From contig CAXXLZ010000002.1 of assembly GCA_963675595.2 (NCBI GenBank), forward strand, positions 736,001 through 800,000: DNA of 64,000 nt, in the 5' to 3' direction. The notes under the pieces were generated by a model, which did not search any database, was not told where the DNA came from, and saw only the letters and a program-made list of their open reading frames with translations. Shown here in pieces: positions 1-8,380 of this stretch (positions are counted from its first letter, which is position 1; every line of letters begins with the position of its first letter). The translations under genes were made by a program, and so were the position numbers. Source of the DNA: Thermodesulfobacteriota bacterium (GTDB taxonomy: Bacteria; Desulfobacterota; Desulfarculia; JACQYL01).

Positions 1-321
1 CATCCACCCGTCCTTGCCCAAAACAATGCGTTCCGGGTCCGGGGAAACCTTGAGCACCCGAACATCCAACAGTCCGTTCAAGACTATGAGGAAGTGTCTG
101 AAGCCGAACCGGTCGGAAAACCATTGGTCGAGTTTCTTAGGGAGCGCAGCCGTGCCGGCCCGGGTCCATTCCATGCGCGGAAACGAAGCCGGCATTCGTT
201 GTTCCGTTGCCGCAAACGTTTCCAGATCCGACGTACCCGCGCCCGTCAACAGACCCAGCATGGGAACGAACAACAGGCCTACGAAGAGAACATTGGAAAT
301 ACGGTGCAAGTCTTTGGACAT
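1..321 (-). CDS. AlgJ/AlgX-like SGNH O-acetyltransferase accessory protein, N-terminal part (runs off window start)
   Basis: Not in the ORF track. Manual translation from ATG at 321 gives MSKDLHRISNVLFVGLLFVPMLGLL...EQRMPASFP...DQWFSDRFGFR...IVLGKDGWM. It has an N-terminal TM segment plus the 'D.FGFR' and 'GKDGW' motifs, and lies downstream of an AlgI-type MBOAT. Confidence 0.75.
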   Translation of the reverse strand, partial: MSKDLHRISNVLFVGLLFVPMLGLLTGAGTSDLETFAATEQRMPASFPRMEWTRAGTAALPKKLDQWFSDRFGFRHFLIVLNGLLDVRVLKVSPDPERIVLGKDGWM

Positions 322-439
322 TCTGCCGTCTGTTTCCCCCCTGCAACCCGGTGGGTTGCGGCCGTTTTTGAGAGTTAGAAGAAAGTCCGAGGAGGTCCGC
401 CCCAGGCGGACAGCTTCTCGCCGGAAGAAAATCGGTCAT

Positions 440-585
440 CATTCACGGGGAGAACTTCTGAAAAAGTTCTCCCCCGCGGTGCTCTCTCAGAAGTTTCAAC
501 CGGGCCTCACCGCCTCCGGCGGAGAGGCTGAGTGGGCAATTGGCTTCCTTCTGATTTCCAACGTTCCTTGCGTCGCCTGAATCGG
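440..585 (+). repeat. Dispersed intergenic repeat, family B
   Basis: CATTCACGGGG + hairpin + CCTCACCGCCTCCGGCGGAGAGGCTGAG (identical 28-mer in the copy at 56339-56490) + TTCCAACGTT + CTGAATCGG. Confidence 0.8.
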
Positions 586-611
586 CAAAGAAGGTCCCTG
601 GTTCGGCTTGG

Positions 612-688
612 TCACGTACTTCGAAGTACCCTCCGTTCCTTGGGATTTGAGCGCCTTGCATCTCATCGTTTTTCAACGGTCTGTCTAG
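612..688 (-). repeat. Dispersed MITE-like repeat, family A (partial)
   Basis: Minus strand reads CTAGACAGACCGTTGAAAAACGATGAGATGCAAGGCGCTCAAATCC...GTACTTCGAAGTACG, matching the copies at 14141-14292 and 59633-59787. Confidence 0.8.
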
Positions 689-2145
689 AATCTGAAATAG
701 ATGAACGGATTGTACACATCGTTCGCAAGGCGCATGGAACAGAGCAGCAGCAGGAAGGTCCACACTACGCAGCGCGCCCAATGGATTTTCGGGGACCGGA
801 CAAAGGCCGCCGCACGCGTGATATACGCGGTTACGGGCATGGAAAAGAGAATGCCCAGGCCGATGGCCACAAGGACGTCGTTTCCGAGAACGGCTCGAAT
901 GGATGCGGCTCCCGGGATGGAGGCGCCGAATCCAAAAGCGATTTTGGTCATGCTCCAGGCTTGCGGAAGCGTATCGGCGCGAAAAAGAATCCAGCCCGTC
1001 ATGACCGCAGCGAGGGTATATACATGACGGAAGATTCCGGGCATGCGTTCCAGAAGACGTTTCAAACCCGCGCGTTCGAGTACCAGAAAGAAACCATGAT
1101 ACGCCCCCCATGCGAGGAAATTCCAGCCGGCTCCATGCCAGAGACCACACAAAATGAACACGGTCCACAAGTTGAGATAGGTGCGGGTTCGAGAACCCCG
1201 GTTTCCGCCCAGAGGTATGTAGAGGTAGTCTCTGAACCAGGTGGAAAGGGATATGTGCCAGCGCCTCCAGAAATCCTGCACGGACGAAGCAATGTACGGG
1301 TAGTTGAAGTTTTCGAGATAGCGGAAGCCCAGCATGCGCCCCAGGCCGATGGCCATGTCGGAGTAGCCGGAAAAATCGAAATAGATCTGCAGGGTGTAGC
1401 ACAGTACGCCCAGTTGGACGTGCAGTGCATCGAGGTTGCCCGGAGGAAGAGCGAAAACGGCGTCGGCCGTTTTCGCCACCGTGTTGGCCACGATCACCTT
1501 CTTGCTCAACCCGATCACGAATCGGCTTATGCCCTCGGAAAAGCCTTCCGAAGTGACGACGCGATGGACCAGTTGGTCGGCTATGTCGCGGTATCGAACA
1601 ATGGGCCCGGCTACGAGCTGAGGAAAACAGGTCACATAACAGGCAAAATCGATGAAGCTTAGAGTGGCGGCCGTGTTGCCCCTGTACACGTCTATGACGT
1701 AACTCATGGCCTGAAACGTATAGAAACTGATTCCCAAGGGCAGGAGAACCTTTTTCCATTGATGGAAGAAGCTTCCCCCGGCTCCGAAGAGGCCAACGAA
1801 GATATCGGAGATCACGAAATCGGCGTATTTGAAATAGACGAGCAGACCCAGGTTCACAAGGATGGAGATCGCGAGGACGGCCTTCTCACGGGCACGGTGC
1901 GGACGGTCGGCCGTAACCGGCGTGGGAGAGCCGAATCCGCGGGCGTCGGCTATCATGATGCCGCAGGTGTAGTTGATCGCCGCGGAACCCACCACAATGA
2001 CCACGAGCCAGTCTTCACCCCAGAAATAGAACAGCAGGCTTGCCGCGAGGAGAAAGAAGTTTCTGAACCGTGCAGGCATGAATAGATGGCCTGAAATGAC
2101 CACGGGAAGAAACACGAACAGGAAGAATACGGAGCTGAAGACCAT
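685..2145 (-). CDS. algI: MBOAT family O-acyltransferase (AlgI/DltB-like)
   Basis: MVFSSVFFLFVFLP start; LPLGISFYTFQ, FPQLVAGPIVR, QIYFDFSGYSDMAIG, FWRRWHISLSTWFRDY, GLWHGA, C-terminal NPFIYFRF. Confidence 0.9.
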   Translation of the reverse strand: MVFSSVFFLFVFLPVVISGHLFMPARFRNFFLLAASLLFYFWGEDWLVVIVVGSAAINYTCGIMIADARGFGSPTPVTADRPHRAREKAVLAISILVNLGLLVYFKYADFVISDIFVGLFGAGGSFFHQWKKVLLPLGISFYTFQAMSYVIDVYRGNTAATLSFIDFACYVTCFPQLVAGPIVRYRDIADQLVHRVVTSEGFSEGISRFVIGLSKKVIVANTVAKTADAVFALPPGNLDALHVQLGVLCYTLQIYFDFSGYSDMAIGLGRMLGFRYLENFNYPYIASSVQDFWRRWHISLSTWFRDYLYIPLGGNRGSRTRTYLNLWTVFILCGLWHGAGWNFLAWGAYHGFFLVLERAGLKRLLERMPGIFRHVYTLAAVMTGWILFRADTLPQAWSMTKIAFGFGASIPGAASIRAVLGNDVLVAIGLGILFSMPVTAYITRAAAFVRSPKIHWARCVVWTFLLLLCSMRLANDVYNPFIYFRF

Positions 2146-2678
2146 AAAAGGGGGCAAATCTCCTCTTGGCTCTAATGAAGTCCTTTCCGCACTTAACCGA
2201 CTGCGAAGCGCGTCTGATCACGTCCCGGCCGTGATGACCCAAATGGACCTGATGCGGCTGTTCCATGTCGATTTTAAGACAAGAATGATCATACACCCGG
2301 TTCACATCAGCGACAATAATTGAATTCATGGTTTTTTCTCATGGAAATCATGAGCTTCTCTCATGGATTTTGCGAGATCGGGGTGAGCAAGAGGGACGAT
2401 GATGTGGCAGGGCGGTGGGGAGAGATTCCTATCAGGTCGTTGAAAGACGCGATCTGCTGCATTGCATCCTATCGTTTCTCAGCAGCAGCCTGAAGCCTTT
2501 TCGGGCAGGCACTGTGGCCCACCCCTACGAAAACCGACCCTAAGCTCAAAGATCGGACTATGGCTCGGCACGCAGCGCAATCGAGAGAATGCACCCCGCC
2601 GGCACGCCCAAGCCCGATTTCGGAAAACAGGCAGGCTGAACGCCCGGTCGCTCAACATTCGAGACCGGGCTTGATCGC

Positions 2679-3470
2679 TCAGCCGGCTTTCGTCCGAGCC
2701 AAGATTTGTTCCAGCGCCGTCTGATCGGGAGCAACGGCCGGGGTGGATTGGGGAAGCGTGGCCAACAACTCCAGAAACCGTTCGGTCTTTCCGGCGGCAG
2801 GCGGCAAATGTCCCGAAAGAATCATCTTGGGGACCATCCGCCGAATTACGTCCAGTGCCCGACTGAAGTCATCGGGTTGAACCAGGTGAACCCAAGGGCT
2901 GTCCAAACCGGCCCATCCGATCATGCTTTGGTCCAGTTCCGCCTCTGCGAGTTCATCGGCATTTCGCACCGGGGACGGCACGATGGCACCGAAGCAATCG
3001 GCGGAAAAGAATGCGCCCGACTTTTCATCATGGATGCCGATGGTGGTGGGATTGTCGAACAGGGGCGGTCTCACCGCGGTCAGCTTTCGATCCCCGACAT
3101 GAATACCATCTCCGGGATTCAGCCAATAAACCCGATCCATGGGCAGCGGCCAAGCCGAGCTCATTCTCAGCGCAGCCAAGGAGAACACCGCAAGGCGCGC
3201 GTTGGGAGCCGCTTCAAGGACCTCTCGAAGGCTGCCGGTATGATCCCCATCGTCGTGGGTGAGCCATACCCACTTCAAATCCCGAGGATCAATTATCGAT
3301 TTGAGGGCCTTCATGAATTCTTGGCGTTCCATGCCCATGCCCGTGTCCACGAGTACGGGTTCCTCCGCCTTGATCAGAAAGGCGTTCACCGGAAGAAACC
3401 CCGCTCCGGGAATCGGAAAATGAGAGGGAAGAACCTCGACGTCCGGCATTACCTGGTACGGTTTGTCCAT
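2679..3470 (-). CDS. Metallo-beta-lactamase fold protein (FprA/di-iron-domain-like)
   Basis: LVDTG, THDDGDHTG (HxDxDH), FSADCFG, GH motif; RBS AAGGAGG upstream. Confidence 0.8.
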   Translation of the reverse strand: MDKPYQVMPDVEVLPSHFPIPGAGFLPVNAFLIKAEEPVLVDTGMGMERQEFMKALKSIIDPRDLKWVWLTHDDGDHTGSLREVLEAAPNARLAVFSLAALRMSSAWPLPMDRVYWLNPGDGIHVGDRKLTAVRPPLFDNPTTIGIHDEKSGAFFSADCFGAIVPSPVRNADELAEAELDQSMIGWAGLDSPWVHLVQPDDFSRALDVIRRMVPKMILSGHLPPAAGKTERFLELLATLPQSTPAVAPDQTALEQILARTKAG

Positions 3471-3581
3471 TGAAAGTTCCTCCTTTGTTCGGTTTCCACT
3501 CGCACTTCCGTGCTATTTCCGAAAACGGGGCAAGAAAATCAATCCGACTCTCGGCTCCTCACCGCCGGCCGGCGGCCGGCT

Positions 3582-3959
3582 TCATTCCACGATCCTGTAG
3601 CCGGCGGTTTTCAGAGACGGCCGCGTATACACGAAGATCATCTCAACCGGCTCATCATAGGGATTATAGAACCAGTGTACGGTGTTTCGCGGCACGAACA
3701 TGGTGTCGCCCTTGGACATCTCCACTTCCGTTTCTCCAAGCCCGCTCATGCCCTTTCCCGACAGGATGTAGATGACTTCCTCCGCGTCCTTGTGCACGTG
3801 CTTCTTGTGGGTGGCGGTCTTCGCCTCGAATCTGCAATAGGCGAAGGTGACGTCCTCGGCGCCCACCGTGTCCTTGTCCACCAGCACGATTCTGGTGGCG
3901 TTGTCCAGGTCCTTGATGGGTTCGTTTCTTCCATCCGCGGGTTTCAGCAGGTATTTCAT
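3582..3959 (-). CDS. Cupin domain protein
   Basis: HKKHVHKDAEEVIYILSGKG...GDTMFVPRNTVHW; start ATG at 3959 after GGAGG. Confidence 0.85.
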   Translation of the reverse strand: MKYLLKPADGRNEPIKDLDNATRIVLVDKDTVGAEDVTFAYCRFEAKTATHKKHVHKDAEEVIYILSGKGMSGLGETEVEMSKGDTMFVPRNTVHWFYNPYDEPVEMIFVYTRPSLKTAGYRIVE

Positions 3960-4074
3960 TTGGTCCTCCGTAGTCGGTCCGACGGCAGGTGCCGGCAGGT
4001 TCAGGCAGGTTGTCGGTATCCGGATTGAACAAGACCCATCCACCTCTCCGCCGAGGGCGGCGGGGGTCATTCAA

Positions 4075-4132
4075 GCGTCTTTGAAAAGGGGGACGGGGAG
4101 AAACTCACTCGAAAGTCTCTCCCCGTAAACGG
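4075..4132 (-). repeat. Dispersed repeat, family B (partial)
   Basis: Minus strand TTTACGGGGAGAGACTTTCGAGTGAGTTTCTCCCCGTCCCCCTTTTCAAAG resembles TTCACGGGGGAAGACTTTCGAGAAAGTCTTCCCCCGAACCCCCTGTCAAAG at ~56341. Confidence 0.6.
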
Positions 4133-4379
4133 AATCATACACCCCTTCCCCACCCCGGACAACAAGACGGTGCGTCGTTTGCTCCGGGAAAATCCGCACC
4201 CCTCGTTCTTCCTGCCCATCCTTCTCGTTGGTTGCGATATGCCGGTATCCGGACACCAAATCCTTGACTCACGGGCCGTTCTTGGAGGATCCTTTATGAT
4301 ATTCCCGCGGGATTCCGAAAACGGCGGATCCTGTTCCAAGCGAATCGGATCATGACAAATCCATTACACGGAGGCCGGC

Positions 4380-5969
4380 GTGATGCATTGCGAAACCCCA
4401 AGCGGAGTCCGGAGACGCTTCCGGAGTTGGAATGCCTATATGTTGCTGCTCCCGGTCTTGGTCCTGTACTCCTGTTCCGGCGGGACCGGATCTGAAGAGC
4501 CTCAAGTCGCCTACACGGTGGATACCTACAAGATTGTCGAGACATCGTCCTGGGAAAGCATTCAACGATTCGTCGTGAGTTCCGACGGAGAACGGGTCGT
4601 GTACCAGGTGTATTACGACGACTTGACCTCCAGTGCGTCAAAGATCGTGAGTCTTCCGACGACCGGAGGAGCTCCGGTGGAACTGTACGACACCGATAAG
4701 AACGACCGGTATATTCACTGGTACGACATCACGCCCGACGGGTCTCACGTCGTTATATCCGCCACCTCAGACTACAACGTCGGGTTTCAGCTCTATTCCG
4801 TTCCCATCGACGGAGGCGAGCTTACGGCCCTCAACGAGGACCCGACGTACCATGAAGGTCTGACAGGCCCTTCCTACTTCAAAATCACTCCCGACGGCCG
4901 ACAGGTGCTTTACGCCGCCGCGGCAACCGAGGACCTTCGCATCGTGCCGATCGCCGGGGGCCCTTCCCTGTCTCTGAGCGGACCTTTGAAAGACACCCTA
5001 TCCGGCCTGTCCTTCGATGTCGATCCGCAAGGCGTCTATGCGGTCTATACCATAGGCTATGCGGGAGAAGAGAACGGCGCCATTTACAGCGTTCCCCTGG
5101 AAGGGGGAAACCCGATACGCCTGACCCAGGAATCGATCGCTCTGCCGTATCCCGTAATGGGAAACAGCACCATCACTCCGGACGGCGACCGAGTCGTCTA
5201 TGTTTACGTCACCGTTGACGGCGAAGCCTCCTATCATCTGGCCGGAGTCCCCATCACGGGCGGGGAGGCCCTACAGTATCTCCAAAGCCCGGACATACCG
5301 TACGCGCAACTGAGCCCGTATGCCCCTTTTTTTCTGGTCACCTATCCTGAATACGCCGAAGGGCCGGAGCAACTTTCCGCCGTCTCCATCATCGACGGAC
5401 ACGTCCGGAACCTGAGCGATGAATGGGATTCCTCCGCCGAAGTCGGAGGATATGCCGTCACTCCCGACGGCGGACACGTAATTGTCGGCACGAACCTCAA
5501 CAGTGAGAAGTTCCAACTGCTCAGTGTGCCGCTGGAAGGCGGCGGAGCGGACCTGCTGGCCTCGTCATCAGCGCCGGCGGGCCGGGGCGGGTTCGTGGAC
5601 TTTGGTGCGGGCGGCGGGTACGCTCTGTACTTGTTGAATGTTTCGTCCGAAGAGGGACAAACGACCACGGATTTCTACAGTGTTCCCCTCAAAGGAGGCG
5701 CGTCGCGCTACCTGTGCTCCGGCGACCGCTACGTCGTGAGTCCGGACCATGAATGGCTCCTGTGCGAATCCGAGGTTTTGGTCCCCACTACGGGAGGCGG
5801 TTCCCTGGACCTCACGGGCGGAGATTCCACCATGTCCTGGTACGCCAATAGAATCCCCACCTTTGCGTTTTCCGCGGACAAGAAATGTGTCGTGTGGACC
5901 TCGCAAGCGGACGCTTCATCGCCCGCGGACCTGTTCGTCGGCGTACTGCGTGAAGTCGTGGAGGAATAG
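4380..5969 (+). CDS. TolB/PD40-like beta-propeller lipoprotein (paralog 1; start may be 4440)
   Basis: Hydrophobic stretch + LYSC-SGG lipobox; repeated ITPDG...VV and YSVP(L/I)xGG blades; collinear with 8381-9961. Confidence 0.8.
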   Translation: MMHCETPSGVRRRFRSWNAYMLLLPVLVLYSCSGGTGSEEPQVAYTVDTYKIVETSSWESIQRFVVSSDGERVVYQVYYDDLTSSASKIVSLPTTGGAPVELYDTDKNDRYIHWYDITPDGSHVVISATSDYNVGFQLYSVPIDGGELTALNEDPTYHEGLTGPSYFKITPDGRQVLYAAAATEDLRIVPIAGGPSLSLSGPLKDTLSGLSFDVDPQGVYAVYTIGYAGEENGAIYSVPLEGGNPIRLTQESIALPYPVMGNSTITPDGDRVVYVYVTVDGEASYHLAGVPITGGEALQYLQSPDIPYAQLSPYAPFFLVTYPEYAEGPEQLSAVSIIDGHVRNLSDEWDSSAEVGGYAVTPDGGHVIVGTNLNSEKFQLLSVPLEGGGADLLASSSAPAGRGGFVDFGAGGGYALYLLNVSSEEGQTTTDFYSVPLKGGASRYLCSGDRYVVSPDHEWLLCESEVLVPTTGGGSLDLTGGDSTMSWYANRIPTFAFSADKKCVVWTSQADASSPADLFVGVLREVVEE

Positions 5970-6198
5970 CGCAAGGGAAAGACACGAAGTTGCCGTCATC
6001 GGTCGCACAGCCACCGGGGGAGCATTGCCCCCCCGAACCTCCTTATGCGGGCTCCCTCCCCTTGGGACGGAGCCGAATGTTGGAAAGGGTCCGGATTAAC
6101 TTTTTTCAAACGGATCGAGGCGGCACACACGGCGGATCATTCCCGAAAGGGATTGCCATGCATCAATTCACCGCGGATCGCGTTTTGCAGCGGCCTGC

Positions 6199-6498
6199 TT
6201 AGGGAGACATGAGGGTCTTCATAGTCTCCTCGTTCTCCGTCAGAGTGGTAATGGGGTGCAGCTCGAACATCACAAAGGGCATGTATTTCTGCACCGCGAG
6301 GTTGACTTCGGCGTGGGTGCCTTCGCAGACGGCGTATCCTCTTCCTTCCCCGATGAAGGCCCCCCAATCCGTGATGGCGCCGCCTTCCATATCTTTCCGA
6401 ATCAGTTTCAACAAATTGGCGGCTGCGGCCGCTCGATCTTTCGGGTTCTCCGGCACCCGGCTCATGTCCATCTCCCACAACAACAAAAACTTACCCAT
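6199..6498 (-). CDS. Small conserved protein, DUF3303-like
   Basis: MGKFLLLWE...DWGAFIGEGRGYAV...PFVMFELHPI pattern; RBS GGGGAG. Confidence 0.6.
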   Translation of the reverse strand: MGKFLLLWEMDMSRVPENPKDRAAAAANLLKLIRKDMEGGAITDWGAFIGEGRGYAVCEGTHAEVNLAVQKYMPFVMFELHPITTLTENEETMKTLMSP

Positions 6499-6723
6499 GA
6501 TTCTCCCCTTTCACGTGTGAGTGTCCTTATGCCGATAGTTCACGGGGTCATCGGAGGGCTCCTGTCCCCCGGGACTCCTTATGTGAGCTCCATCCCCAAG
6601 AGGACGGGCCGAACCGGTGAATCGCCTTGTCGGTAGAGAGCCTTCACACCCATTCCTGCGGTCTCACCTCCCTTCTTGCCTGGTTGCGGGGCCGAAACGC
6701 CCCTGCCTCAAGCCACGTCGGAT

Positions 6724-7650
6724 TCACGCGATGCCCAGCCAGGAAGCGGCCGCTTCGCCCAGCACGGCCCTCACCTCGGCTTCGGAAAAAAAGATGTCCT
6801 CGGATGCCTTGGCGGGCAGTTCCTTCATGAGGTCCACGAAGGCTTTATTGGACATGGCGGGGCGCATGAAAGGACCGTCGGTTCCGAAGAACACGCGGTT
6901 CGGGCCCAGGGCGTCCAGGGCGCCTCTCAAAGCCGCGCAAAAGGCGTGACGGTCCTTGAGTGCCGCCATCTGCCAGCCGGAAATGTCCGAAGCCAAGTTG
7001 GAACGGTACGCACTCAATTCATGGACGCGACGTCCAAAACCGCGTCCCAGATGCGCGGCGATGATCTTCAAGTGGGGAAAATCCAGCAGAATCTCGTCCA
7101 GGTGAAGCGGATCGCAGGGTTTGTTTTTGCCCATCCACATGCCGGTGTGGGTCAGCACCGGCACGCCCAGTTGGGCGACCTTGGCCAGAAAATGATACCC
7201 TGCTTTTTCGTCGGGAAACCAACCCGTGCCCGGGTGCAGCTTGACTCCTTTGAGCCCCCAATCCTTCACGGCCGTCTCCACCAGATCCAGGGCTCCGGGC
7301 CGGCGAGGGTCCACTCCGGCAAAAGCGATGATGCGGTCCGGGTAGGTTTCCTGCATCGCGGCGAAGGCTTTGTTCTGTTCCAGGATCCCGATGGGGGGCT
7401 CTCCGTACAGGTAGCCCAGGTCCTGGGGCAAAATCACCGTCTTGTCGATGCCGGCTTCATCCATCTCGGCCACCAGCTTGCTCCCGTCCGGGTCCCAGAA
7501 AGTCTCCAAGATGTTCTCCCGCACTCCCTCCAGGGTCATTTTCATTCCCATGGACCTGAGTCCGTCGATGTACACGGTTCCGATGGTCCTCCACCATTCA
7601 TCGGAATGCCAGCCTTCAATCAGCGGATGATAATGAACGTCGATAATCAT
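6724..7650 (-). CDS. Amidohydrolase_2 family metal-dependent hydrolase
   Basis: MIIDVHYH, GVKLHP, VLTHTG, IIAAHLG, FFGTDGP; start ATG at 7650 after GGAGGTG. Confidence 0.85.
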   Translation of the reverse strand: MIIDVHYHPLIEGWHSDEWWRTIGTVYIDGLRSMGMKMTLEGVRENILETFWDPDGSKLVAEMDEAGIDKTVILPQDLGYLYGEPPIGILEQNKAFAAMQETYPDRIIAFAGVDPRRPGALDLVETAVKDWGLKGVKLHPGTGWFPDEKAGYHFLAKVAQLGVPVLTHTGMWMGKNKPCDPLHLDEILLDFPHLKIIAAHLGRGFGRRVHELSAYRSNLASDISGWQMAALKDRHAFCAALRGALDALGPNRVFFGTDGPFMRPAMSNKAFVDLMKELPAKASEDIFFSEAEVRAVLGEAAASWLGIA

Positions 7651-8380
7651 TGAAACACCTCCCTCGTGTTGAGGATGCACGTGGGTCCCTTTGGAGTCTC
7701 GTACGCTCCGGACGGGCGGTAGGCCGGCCCTGTCGCCGCATACGGGCTCTGCGAAGCCGGACGGGTCATCAAGCCGAATGGAGAAATGGAATTTCCGACC
7801 CCACTCCAACCCGTAATGCGGGTATCGCCGGGACGCCGGCAACATTCGGTTGAAGCGGTACGTTGGAAAACAACTAGAGTCCGTGAATGAGCATGAGAGT
7901 AAAGAGGTCCTTCGGAAAGTAAGCCGCGGCAAGGGGGGACGGATCGCAATCCGCAAATCGCATCTGTCGGCGGTCCATTACGCAAGAGAACCCTCCGATG
8001 CAGGAGAAGGGTTGTTCACAAAACGAAAAGCGTATGGATAATTGGTGTCGGCTGGGTAAGCGGCACAAGGCGCACAATGCGTCCGAGTATATCATCAAAA
8101 GAAGGAATCCCAAGCAGGTTTTTTCAAAGGAATCCTCCGATACGAGTATGGACGGATTTGCATAATTCCGCACACATTTCGAGCTATTTTGGAATCACAA
8201 TGATATGATCGATCGATTACCATGCCAAGAAGGAGATTTTCAAAGACAGGATCGGTTTCCGGTTGACCCGTGGACCCACATTGGCCGAATATGGATCTTC
8301 ACCACGCCGGAATTCCGGAAACGGCCCATAACAACCAACGCCGATCGGCTCACGATCCCACTCTGCGGGAGGTTCAAACC

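Noticed and set aside
376-400. GAAGAAAGTCCG resembling the RNase P RNA signature
   Set aside because: The other conserved RNase P elements are absent.
443-1759. Long alternative-frame ORFs (438 aa and 376 aa) over algI, and similar ones over the cytochromes, tex, purM and abfD
   Set aside because: They are shadow ORFs of GC-rich coding sequence with no motifs, overlapping well-supported genes.
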